From a virus (taxonomy: Duplodnaviria; Caudoviricetes), in the IMG/VR virus record IMGVR_UViG_3300029305_000878, positions 3,469-67,468 of that record: a stretch of 64,000 bases of DNA; one strand, given 5' to 3'. Of the stretch, positions 36,044 through 45,100 are shown one piece after another. The position numbers and the translations under genes are program-made. Under the pieces are notes generated by a model, which searched no databases, was not told the origin of the DNA, and saw nothing but the letters and a program-made list of their open reading frames with translations. Every line of letters begins with the position of its first letter. Position 1 is the first letter of the stretch.

Positions 36044-36799
36044 ATGAACAACTTGTTACGCCAGTCTCACTTATTTTTAAAGAGGAACGCATCAACCATT
36101 CTGACATGTGCAGGAGGCGCGGGTGTAATCGCGACGTCAGTCATGGCAGTAAAAGCTACACCAAAAGCTTTACGTAGCATCGACGAAGCCAAGAAAGAAA
36201 AAGGTGAAGAATTAACTAAAATGGAGATCGTTAAGGTAGCTGGACCGGCTTATATTCCAGCTGCTGTAGTAGGACTATCCACAATAGCTTGCGTGTTCGG
36301 TGCAAATGTATTGAATAAACGCAGTCAAGCATCTCTAGCGAGTGCTTACGCTTTACTAGACTCTTCTTACAAAGAGTATCGAGCGAAGGTTAAGGATCTG
36401 TACGGCGAAGAAGTAGATACACATATCAAGAAAGAGATTGCGAAGGATAAGTATGCCGAGAATGATATTTCAGTAGAAGATGGTAAAGAACTATTCTACG
36501 ACGACTTCTCTGGACGATACTTTGAATCAACATTAGCCGATGTTAAGGGTGCCGAGTACGACATCAATAAAATCATTGCTGAGAGCGGAAGCGCATTCGT
36601 TAACGAGTTCTACGACCTATTGAAAATCCCGACCATCGAGGGCGGCGACGAATTAGGATGGGCTATAGGCGGTTTAGAGTATGCGACTTGGAGCCCTTGG
36701 CTCGACTTTACTCACGAGAAAGTAGTAATGGATGATGGTCTAGAATGTCAGATCATTCGAATGTCCTATGAACCAATGATCGATTACGAATTCTATTGA
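36044..36799 (+). CDS. DUF6353-like protein, paralog 1
   Basis: N-terminal TILTCAGGAGVIATSVMAVKATPKA; C-terminal FYDDFSGRYF...NEFYDLL...GW. Confidence 0.75.
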   Translation: MNNLLRQSHLFLKRNASTILTCAGGAGVIATSVMAVKATPKALRSIDEAKKEKGEELTKMEIVKVAGPAYIPAAVVGLSTIACVFGANVLNKRSQASLASAYALLDSSYKEYRAKVKDLYGEEVDTHIKKEIAKDKYAENDISVEDGKELFYDDFSGRYFESTLADVKGAEYDINKIIAESGSAFVNEFYDLLKIPTIEGGDELGWAIGGLEYATWSPWLDFTHEKVVMDDGLECQIIRMSYEPMIDYEFY

Positions 36800-36826
36800 A
36801 CCGCGATTTTTACAGACACTGTTATG
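36800..36826 (+). promoter_or_regulatory. Class-E motif copy 12
   Basis: ACCGCG atttttaCAgacac TGTTATG. Confidence 0.65.
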
Positions 36827-36853
36827 GAATAAAATTAAAAGGAGGAAACTAAA

Positions 36854-37036
36854 ATGAAAATTTCTAAAGAAGCAGTAGGCGCTGTTGCTAAGAAAGTGAA
36901 CTGGGCAAAAGTTGCTAAGTGGGGTGGATTAGGTCTGTCTCTCGGTGCAACTATGTTGAGCGGTTTCGCTGAGAAAAAGCAGAACGAAGCCTACCTCGAT
37001 AAGTTATTTAACGAGAAGTTTGCCAACAAAAATTGA
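36854..37036 (+). CDS. Small membrane peptide (60 aa)
   Basis: AAAGGAGG RBS; WGGLGLSLGATMLSGFA. Confidence 0.75.
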   Translation: MKISKEAVGAVAKKVNWAKVAKWGGLGLSLGATMLSGFAEKKQNEAYLDKLFNEKFANKN

Positions 37037-37045
37037 TTCCGAATG

Positions 37046-37080
37046 GAAGAGTCTAAGAAAACTTGGGCTCTTCTGTTTTT
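37046..37080 (+). terminator. Cassette terminator
   Basis: GAAGAGTCTAAG aaaa CTTGGGCTCTTC followed by T-run. Confidence 0.75.
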
Positions 37081-37109
37081 AATAATCTATTGAAAGGAGA
37101 AATGTAACT

Positions 37110-37883
37110 ATGAACAAACCTAACTTTTCGAACATTGTTCGCTCCGTACGGACATCTGTTTCGAAACACAGTCCAGAGATTCTTACTGGTATCGGGATCT
37201 CAGGCATGATCGCAGCCGGTGTATTGGCCGTCAGAGGTACGCCAAAAGCTTTGCGGCTTATCGAAGAAAAGAAAAAAGAAAAGAACGTCGATAAGTTGAC
37301 TGTTGGCGAAACTGTTAAGACTGCCTGGAAGTGCTATGTGCCTGCGGTTGCTACGGCTGGCGCATCTGCGGCATGCATAATCGGTGCTAGCAGAGTCAAC
37401 TTGAAACGTAACGCTGCATTAGCTGCGGCTTATAAGATCTCTGAAACAGCACTTACGGAATACCGAGCGAAAGTAATCGAAACTATCGGTGAGAAAAAGG
37501 AACAATCCGTACGCGAAGCCATTGCGAAAGATAAAATCGATAAAAGTCCCGTCGAAAACAAAACGATTATCGTCACCGATAAAGGTAACACCTTGTGCTA
37601 CGACATCTGGTCCGACAGATATTTCAGATCTGACATCGAGAGTATCAAGCGTATCGTGAATGATCTCAATCGTAGAATGCGGTCCGAGAATTATATTTCG
37701 CTCAATGAGTTCTATTCGGAAATAGGTCTTAATTCGACTGATCCGGGTGATCATATTGGCTGGAATATTGACCGTGGATATATTGACATTCATTTTACGT
37801 CACACTTAACCGGCGCAGGCGAACCTTGTCTCGCTATCGAGTTTTACACAGCGCCTCAGTACGACTTTGATAAGCTGTATTGA
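37110..37883 (+). CDS. DUF6353-like protein, paralog 2
   Basis: KHSPEILTGIGISG...TPKA; YDIWSDRYF...SLNEFYSEIGL...IGW. Confidence 0.8.
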   Translation: MNKPNFSNIVRSVRTSVSKHSPEILTGIGISGMIAAGVLAVRGTPKALRLIEEKKKEKNVDKLTVGETVKTAWKCYVPAVATAGASAACIIGASRVNLKRNAALAAAYKISETALTEYRAKVIETIGEKKEQSVREAIAKDKIDKSPVENKTIIVTDKGNTLCYDIWSDRYFRSDIESIKRIVNDLNRRMRSENYISLNEFYSEIGLNSTDPGDHIGWNIDRGYIDIHFTSHLTGAGEPCLAIEFYTAPQYDFDKLY

Positions 37884-37885
37884 GA

Positions 37886-37912
37886 TTCGCGAAATTTACA
37901 CCGTATTTAATG
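37886..37912 (+). promoter_or_regulatory. Class-E motif copy 13
   Basis: TTCGCG aaatttaCAccgta TTTAATG. Confidence 0.7.
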
Positions 37913-37954
37913 GACGAAAGTCTAGAATAAAATTTATATTAAGGAGAAGTAACT

Positions 37955-38245
37955 ATGGAACAAAATGCAATCGTAACTGAAGAAGTGATGGACAACATGG
38001 CAGAAGGCGTAACGGAGGAAATCGTTCAACCGAAATCCAAGGTTAGCTTTGGTAAAGTAGCGGTCAAGGTTGGCTTGGCAGCCCTTGCAGGATTTGGTAT
38101 CTACAAGGGGGTTAAGTGCCTTGTAGCTAAAGTCAAAGCTAAGAAAGCGAAGAAGGAAGAAGAGGTAAAACCCGAAGTCGTTGAAGAACCGGAAGAAGAA
38201 GTCAAACTCATCTACGACGATAACGGTAATCCCATTGAAGATTGA
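37955..38245 (+). CDS. Single-pass membrane protein (96 aa)
   Basis: AAGGAG RBS; VAVKVGLAALAGFGIYKGVK. Confidence 0.75.
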   Translation: MEQNAIVTEEVMDNMAEGVTEEIVQPKSKVSFGKVAVKVGLAALAGFGIYKGVKCLVAKVKAKKAKKEEEVKPEVVEEPEEEVKLIYDDNGNPIED

Positions 38246-38285
38246 TTCTTTATATAAGGGAAGAAGACTGAGTTTAAAAACAGAA

Positions 38286-38322
38286 GGAAGGTGTCTATAT
38301 TAGGCACTTTCCTTTTCGTTTT
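38286..38322 (+). terminator. Intrinsic terminator
   Basis: GGAAGGTGTCTA tat TAGGCACTTTCC followed by T-run. Confidence 0.7.
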
Positions 38323-38349
38323 AATACACGATTGAAAGGAGAAATAATC

Positions 38350-38964
38350 ATGGAAACTTTCGATTATAAACCAAATTCGAATCGTTCTAAGGAGAATGAG
38401 AAAGCATCTAAGGAACGTCCGAAGTTGGAGAAAGTTGTTAAAGGTAACATTAAAACTAAGAAAAAAAGCGGGGCGTCAAAATTCGTCGAGACGTTTATAT
38501 CCGAGGACGTTAAGAACGTTAAGTCATATCTCGTTAAGGATGTCCTGATTCCGTCGGCGAAAAAGCTTGTAGTGGATTTTATTAAAGACGGCATAGAAAT
38601 GCTGGTCTACGGATCTACCAGACGAGGTGACAGACGCGCAACTGTGGATAAGGTCTCATATAGACAATATTTCGATAGAGACAGCCGTCCAATAGAAGAA
38701 TCCAGATCAAGAGTTCACTTCGACTATGACGAAATCGAATTCGATAGTAAGGGTGATGCAGAATTAGTACTCACTCGATTGGATGAAGTGATTGAGACAT
38801 ATGGGCATGCCCGCGTTAGTGATCTGTACGATTTGGTAGGTAAATCTTGCGATTATACCTGCAACGATTACGGATGGTCCAACTTGAGTACCGCAAGAGC
38901 TGTACGAATGAGAGGTGGCGGGTATTGTCTCGACATGCCTCCCGCTAAGCCGATTCGTCGATAA
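38350..38964 (+). CDS. Hypothetical protein (204 aa)
   Basis: GAAAGGAG RBS; C-terminal ARVSDLYDLVG...YGW echoes the DUF6353 C-terminus. Confidence 0.75.
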   Translation: METFDYKPNSNRSKENEKASKERPKLEKVVKGNIKTKKKSGASKFVETFISEDVKNVKSYLVKDVLIPSAKKLVVDFIKDGIEMLVYGSTRRGDRRATVDKVSYRQYFDRDSRPIEESRSRVHFDYDEIEFDSKGDAELVLTRLDEVIETYGHARVSDLYDLVGKSCDYTCNDYGWSNLSTARAVRMRGGGYCLDMPPAKPIRR

Positions 38965-38990
38965 GTTTTATATTTGACAGGAGAAAGGAA

Positions 38991-39242
38991 ATGGAAAAGA
39001 ACGCACCAAATATGGTGGTACACCCGGCTCATTATCAGTCAGAAACGGGCTTGGAGGCTCTCGATGTAATTGAGGCTTTCACGTTCGATCTTAAAGGTGT
39101 TGAAGCATTTGACACGGGTAACATCATCAAGTATATATGCCGTTGGAAAAAGAAAGACGGCCTCCGAGATCTCAAAAAAGCCAAATGGTATTTGGAGCAT
39201 CTCATTAATCATGTAGAAAAATTAGAAGAGGAGAATGATTAA
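38991..39242 (+). CDS. DUF3310-type protein
   Basis: VVHPAHY...GNIIKYICRWKKKDGLRDLKKAKWYL. Confidence 0.8.
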   Translation: MEKNAPNMVVHPAHYQSETGLEALDVIEAFTFDLKGVEAFDTGNIIKYICRWKKKDGLRDLKKAKWYLEHLINHVEKLEEEND

Positions 39243-39244
39243 TC

Positions 39245-40183
39245 ATGACTAAAGTGGAACTTCTTAACAAAGCGACCAGAACATTTCATAAAGTCGGCTT
39301 TCAACTTAAAAAGCACAGTCCGGAAATCTTAGTCGCGGCTGGTGCTATCGGTGTAGTGGCAAGCGCTGTGATGGCTTGTAGAGCGACTTTGAAAGTGCAT
39401 GATATTACCGATAAAGCCAAGACCAATATCGATGAAATTCATGAAGCTACCGAAAAGGGTGTAACCAAGGCCGGTGAGACGTATACGCACGAAGATAGCA
39501 AGAAGGATTTGGCTATCGTGTATGCTCATACCGGTTTAGACTTTGCCAAACTGTATGCTCCGGCGGTATTGCTTGGCGCAGCTTCCCTCGGCTGTATTCT
39601 TAAATCTCATAACATCATTAGCAAGCGTAATGCGGCTTTGGCGGCTGCTTATACAGCTGTTGATAAAGGCTTTAAGGAATACAGAGGTCGAGTGATCGAA
39701 CGCTTCGGCGAAGATCTCGATAGAGAGTTGAAGTTTAACATCAAAAAGCAGGAAGTCGAAGAGACCGTTGTGGATGAAAACGGCAAGGAAACGAAAGTTA
39801 AAAAGACCGTTGAAGTAATCGATCCGAACAACTTCAGCCCTTATGCTAAATGCTACGATTGCGGGTGCGCTGGTTGGCAAAAAGATGCAGAACATAATCT
39901 TTGGTTCCTTCGTCAGCAACAAAACTGGGCTAACGATTTATTGAAGGCTCAGGGGTATTTGTTCCTGAATGACGTATACGAAATGCTTGGTATTCCGAAG
40001 ACTAAGGCCGGACAAGTTGTAGGTTGGATTTACGACCTTGAGCATCCGAACGGCGACAATTACGTAGACTTTGGCATCTATGATATTCATAAACCGGGCA
40101 GTGTTGATTTCGTAAATGGTTACGAAAGATCTATTTGGTTGGACTTCAATGTCGACGGAAACATTTGGCAATTGATGTCTTGA
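39245..40183 (+). CDS. DUF6353-like protein, paralog 3
   Basis: KKHSPEILVAAGAIG...; LFLNDVYEMLG...VVGW...DFNVDG. Confidence 0.8.
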   Translation: MTKVELLNKATRTFHKVGFQLKKHSPEILVAAGAIGVVASAVMACRATLKVHDITDKAKTNIDEIHEATEKGVTKAGETYTHEDSKKDLAIVYAHTGLDFAKLYAPAVLLGAASLGCILKSHNIISKRNAALAAAYTAVDKGFKEYRGRVIERFGEDLDRELKFNIKKQEVEETVVDENGKETKVKKTVEVIDPNNFSPYAKCYDCGCAGWQKDAEHNLWFLRQQQNWANDLLKAQGYLFLNDVYEMLGIPKTKAGQVVGWIYDLEHPNGDNYVDFGIYDIHKPGSVDFVNGYERSIWLDFNVDGNIWQLMS

Positions 40184-40293
40184 AGGGATGGATGGAACGC
40201 CGTAGGAACTGGTGATTGGAGAAGAGATATATACGATTACCCCTGGCTTTTCGGAATCGGAGAGTAGGGGTGTCTATGAAAGGGGGTTTCCTA

Positions 40294-40530
40294 ATGACTG
40301 GAAGAGACTTGATCATTTATATTTTAAGAAATAATCTCGAAGATGAGTTTGTTTTTAAGGATGGGAAGTTTATCGGTTTCATAACTGTTGGCGAAGCTGC
40401 TGCTAAAATGAGCGTTGGCGACGCCACAATTTATGCCTGGATAACTCAGGGGTTATTAAACTGTGTAGTGATTGGAGGTACGATTTATATTCCAGCCGAC
40501 TTCACAATACCAAAAGTATCTAATGATTGA
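40294..40530 (+). CDS. HTH DNA-binding protein (excisionase/MerR-like)
   Basis: ITVGEAAAKMSVGDATIYAWITQGLL. Confidence 0.7.
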   Translation: MTGRDLIIYILRNNLEDEFVFKDGKFIGFITVGEAAAKMSVGDATIYAWITQGLLNCVVIGGTIYIPADFTIPKVSND

Positions 40531-40546
40531 AGGGAGCAACACAATA

Positions 40547-40684
40547 ATGGATGACAAATTACCTATTATCTCTTATACCTTAGCAGCAATGTCGGGTATC
40601 TGTTTTATAGGCGGTCTTGTTATATTGTCCAGCGAAAGGAGACAACCCGTATGGATCGACTTGAGGAGATCTTATCATCGCTAG
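40547..40684 (+). CDS. Small membrane peptide (45 aa)
   Basis: AGGGAG RBS; YTLAAMSGICFIGGLVIL. Confidence 0.55.
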   Translation: MDDKLPIISYTLAAMSGICFIGGLVILSSERRQPVWIDLRRSYHR

Positions 40685-40815
40685 AATACTCGCTAAACAC
40701 GAGGAAAAAGCGACATATTGCCGGAGGGATTCTGTTAAGTGTATCGTTGCTTTTCGGAGGCTTGGCGGTCACCATCATAACAATAAAAACGGAGGACGAA
40801 GAAATTGAACAATAA
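40651..40815 (+). CDS. Small membrane peptide (54 aa; not in ORF track)
   Basis: AAAGGAG RBS; MDRLEEILSS...KRHIAGGILLSVSLLFGGLAVTIITIK. Confidence 0.6.
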   Translation: MDRLEEILSSLEYSLNTRKKRHIAGGILLSVSLLFGGLAVTIITIKTEDEEIEQ

Positions 40816-41341
40816 GGTCAAATATATTTTGGCATTCTCTGCGGGCGTGGCTACTGGCGTAGCTATCTCGTGGAGATTTCTTAAGAAAAAATACGAACTA
40901 ATTGCTCAAGAAGAGATTGATTCTGTTAAAGAAGCTTTCGGCGTATCTCGTGAAGAACGAATCGACGAAGAGCCCAAACAGAAAACCGAAAAAGAGCAAT
41001 ACGAGCAAATAGCTCAAGAATATGCGGGCGAAAAAAACGGCGAAGAAAGCTTCACCAAACCATATGTAATCTCACCCGAAGAAGCCGGGAGCATCGATGA
41101 TTACGATACCACAACTTTCTACTATTACGCAGATGGTGTACTTACCACTCTTGACGACACGATTGTAGAAGACGTGGACAATATCGTCGGTTCCGACTTC
41201 ATGAATCACTTTGGTGAGTATGAAGACGATTCCGTATGGATCAGAAACGATAATTACTTACGTGATTACGAGATTCTGAGAGATTCTAGAAATTATGCCG
41301 ATATTAAGAAACCCGTTCGTGATCGTGAAACGGAGGAATAA
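40805..41341 (+). CDS. N-anchored membrane protein, acidic (178 aa)
   Basis: ILAFSAGVATGVAISW N-terminus. Confidence 0.75.
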   Translation: MNNKVKYILAFSAGVATGVAISWRFLKKKYELIAQEEIDSVKEAFGVSREERIDEEPKQKTEKEQYEQIAQEYAGEKNGEESFTKPYVISPEEAGSIDDYDTTTFYYYADGVLTTLDDTIVEDVDNIVGSDFMNHFGEYEDDSVWIRNDNYLRDYEILRDSRNYADIKKPVRDRETEE

Positions 41342-41343
41342 TT

Positions 41344-41892
41344 TTGCGTGGGCATATCAGGGACGAGTATTTAGAATGGTTAATGAATTTAGTTTGCGGA
41401 AGACGATTCGGTAAGGGGATTTCCTACAGGGAACTCCTTACCCGTCTTTATAACACTAAGTTCGTATATTTGATACCGAGGGATTGCAATCGAGCCGAAG
41501 ACGGTGAGGAATTAAGACGTCGTTATATTTTGGTGCAAGGATTCGAAGACTACTATGACGATGTTATGGACGCTCTGGACGGACCATGCAGTGTTCTTGA
41601 AATGATGGCAGCATTAGCTATTCGCTGTGAGGAAACCATCATGGATGACCCGAGCATTGGTGATAGAACAACTCAATGGTTTTGGGGAATGATCAATAAC
41701 ATGGGTCTTGGCGGAATGTCCGATAATCGATTCGACGAAAGAATTGTTGATGAGATTGTTAAAAGATTCTTATATCGAGAGTACGAGCCAAACGGTCGCG
41801 GCGGATTATTCACGATTAAACGTTGCGATACCGATTTGCGGACCGTAGAGATCTGGTATCAAATGTGTTGGTATTTGGATTCTATCACATGA
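41344..41892 (+). CDS. Hypothetical protein (182 aa)
   Basis: Continuous operon; NRAEDGEELR, CSVLEMMAALA, GRGGLF. Confidence 0.75.
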   Translation: MRGHIRDEYLEWLMNLVCGRRFGKGISYRELLTRLYNTKFVYLIPRDCNRAEDGEELRRRYILVQGFEDYYDDVMDALDGPCSVLEMMAALAIRCEETIMDDPSIGDRTTQWFWGMINNMGLGGMSDNRFDERIVDEIVKRFLYREYEPNGRGGLFTIKRCDTDLRTVEIWYQMCWYLDSIT

Positions 41893-41911
41893 TATTTAAA
41901 GGAGTGAAAAA

Positions 41912-42154
41912 ATGGACGAAAAAATTGTAGATTTTATGCTTAAAAGCTCTAGAGCAACCGATGCATGTTTAACGGGCGTTGAGACCGCATTGGACGCGCT
42001 TATTAAACAGGGCAAAATGAACAGAAGACAACGCATTTTGAATGTCGCATTCGTGATATTTGCTTGGGCGACGATTAAGCATATCACTAATCAGAACGAG
42101 CAAATCAAGAAGCTCACCGGGCTTGTTAAGCAGACTAACGAGAAAGGAGAATAA
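41912..42154 (+). CDS. Hypothetical membrane protein (80 aa)
   Basis: AAGGAG RBS; one TM segment. Confidence 0.65.
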   Translation: MDEKIVDFMLKSSRATDACLTGVETALDALIKQGKMNRRQRILNVAFVIFAWATIKHITNQNEQIKKLTGLVKQTNEKGE

Positions 42155-42163
42155 CGGCTTGTA

Positions 42164-45100
42164 ATGATCGACTTTTTAAAAATTTCGACACGTAATCCGA
42201 AGAAGGATGTCGTAGAGATTTACCCAAAGTTTATAGTGGGAAAAAGTGCAGATCTGATGATTCGAGGTGGCGACTTCTATGCCATTTGGATTGAGGAACT
42301 CGGCTTATGGTCGACTGACGAAGAAGATGCTATACGGTTGATCGACGGAGAACTGAAGAAGTATTCGGACGATTACAAGAAAACCCATGATTGCATAGTT
42401 AAAACTTTATATTTATGGGACTCGGATAGCGGGATGATCGACAAATGGCACAGATATTGTCAAAAGCAACAACGAGACTCGTTCCATATGTTAGATGAGA
42501 ATCTTATATTCTCCAACTCTGAGACGAATAAGAAGGATTACGCTAGTAAAAGGCTGAACTACCCTTTGGAGCCTGGCGATATATCTGCTTATGAGAAGCT
42601 CATATCCACATTATATTCCGAAGAGGAACGGCAGAAGATCGAGTGGGCCATCGGATCAATCATATCTGGCGACTCGAAACATATTCAGAAATTCATGGTT
42701 CTGTACGGTGCTGCAGGTACGGGTAAGTCAACCATTCTGAATATTATACAGCAGTTATTCGAGGGATATTACTCGGTATTCGATGCGAAAGCGCTCGGTT
42801 CGAGTAGTAACTCATTCGCACTGGAGGCGTTCAAAACAAACCCTCTGGTCGCGATTCAGCACGACGGCGACTTGTCTAAAATCGAGGACAATACTAGGTT
42901 AAACAGCCTTGTGTCTCACGAACTTATGACAGTCAACGAAAAATTCAAATCAACATATTCTAGCAGATTCAAGTGTTTCCTGTTCATGGGTACGAACAAG
43001 CCGGTTAAGATAACAGATGCTAAATCAGGTCTTATTCGAAGATTGATAGATGTATCACCATCCGGAAACAAACTGAGTCCAAAAGAGTATAAGCAAATCA
43101 TGAAGCAAGTAACGTTTGAGTTAGGGCATATCGCATACCATTGCCAGGAAGTATATTTGAGTGACCCTGGCCTGTATGACGATTATATTCCCATATCGAT
43201 GTTAGGCGCTTCTAACGATTTCTACAACTTCATCATTGATTCGTACCATATATTCTTGAAAGATGACGGTACGACATTGAAAGCTGCTTGGGAAATGTAT
43301 AAGACTTATTGCGATGAAGCTAAAGTACCTTATCCATTCTCTCAAAGAAACTTCAAAGAAGAGTTGAAAAACTACTTCTGGGAGTATAACGACAGATTCA
43401 ACCTAGAGGATGGATCCAGAGTTCGTAGTTATTATAGCGGATTCAGAACCGATAAATTTGACAATCAGTCTAACAAGAAAAAGAAGGAACCTAAACCGAA
43501 GATCCTTAGCTTTGACTGTACGGAATCTATATTTGATACCGAGTGTGCTGATTGCCCGGCTCAATACGCTACATCTAAGGAGACACCATCTAAGAAATGG
43601 GATGAGGTCTCATCTAAATTATCGAAGCTTGACACTTCTCGACTTCATTATGTCAAGGTTCCAGAGAATCATATAGTAATAGACTTTGATATTCCGGATA
43701 AGGACGGCAACAAATGCTTTGAACTAAATCTGGAAGAGGCTTGTAAGTTCCCGCCGACGTATGCGGAACTGAGTAAAAGCGGACAAGGTATACATCTTCA
43801 TTATATTTACAATGGGGATGTATCGAAACTTAGCCGCGTTTATGACGACCATATCGAAGTTAAAGTGTTTACCGGTGGAAGTTCATTACGGCGAAAGCTG
43901 ACCAAATGTAACGATTTACCGATAGCGACTATTAGTTCTGGATTACCATTGAAAGGAGAAAGCAAAATGATGAATTTTGAAGGAGTGAAAAACGAAAAAG
44001 CACTACGAACATTAATTAAACGCAACCTTAATAAAGAGTATCACGGAGCGACCAAACCAAGTGTCGACTTTATATTTAGCTCTCTCGAGGATGCTTACAA
44101 CAGTGGCATGAAGTATGACGTATCTGACATGTATAATGCAGTGTTAGCATTCGCAGCTAGTAGCACGAATCAAGCTGATGCTTGTCTGAAACTTGTTAGA
44201 AAGATGCACTTTAAGTCAGACGAACCATCCGATAACTTGGAAGTAGGGAATGATATTCCAATCGTGTTTTATGACGTGGAAGTATTCCCTAACCTATTCT
44301 TAGTCAACTGGAAGTACCAAGGAAAAGACAACCCGGTTGTAAGAATGATTAACCCTAAGTCTACTGATATTGAGGAATTGTTGAAATTTAGATTAGTAGG
44401 CTTTAACTGTAGGCGATACGACAATCATATGCTGTATGCACGTCTTATGGGATACGATAATCAAGCAATGTATAATCTGTCTCAAAAGATTGTTAACGGC
44501 AATGGCGGCATGTTCGGCGAAGCGTATAACATATCGTATACGGACGTTTATGACTTTGCGGCGACTAAACAATCTCTTAAGAAATGGGAGATTGAACTTG
44601 GAATCCATCACCAGGAACTCGGTTTACCTTGGGATCAACCAGTACCCGAAGAAATGTGGACTAAGGTTGCAGAGTATTGCGATAACGACGTAATTGCGAC
44701 GGAAGCCGTATTCGATCACTTGGATGCCGATTTCACAGCTAGAAAGATTCTGGCGGATGTCGCTGGGATGACCGTTAACGATACCACTAACTCGCTAACC
44801 ACGAGAATTATATTTGGTAGTAATCGCAAGCCGCAAGACCAATTCAACTATCGAGACATGGGTGACGAAACTCAGTGCGCAGCCAAAGGCTCGAAGATTG
44901 GCGGGGTGATTTACGATAATTACGGCGATAAGTTTACGGTCTTCACCAAAGACGGGAAGCCTGTATTCCCTGGCTACAAATTCGAAGCTGGTAAGTCTAC
45001 GTATCGCGGAGAAGAAGTTGGCGAGGGTGGCTACGTATATTCCGAGCCTGGTATGTACGGTAATGTCGCCTTGCTTGACATTGCTTCCATGCATCCGAGC

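Noticed and set aside
35896-36177. 93-aa ORF, and ORF-track starts at 29341 and 34727
   Set aside because: The ORF runs through a promoter motif and overlaps a better gene; the two starts are the ATG of the class-E motif, while RBS-supported starts lie downstream
37129-37141. CGAAC-ATT-GTTCG as a second LexA box
   Set aside because: The spacer is 3 bp rather than 4 and the site is inside a coding sequence
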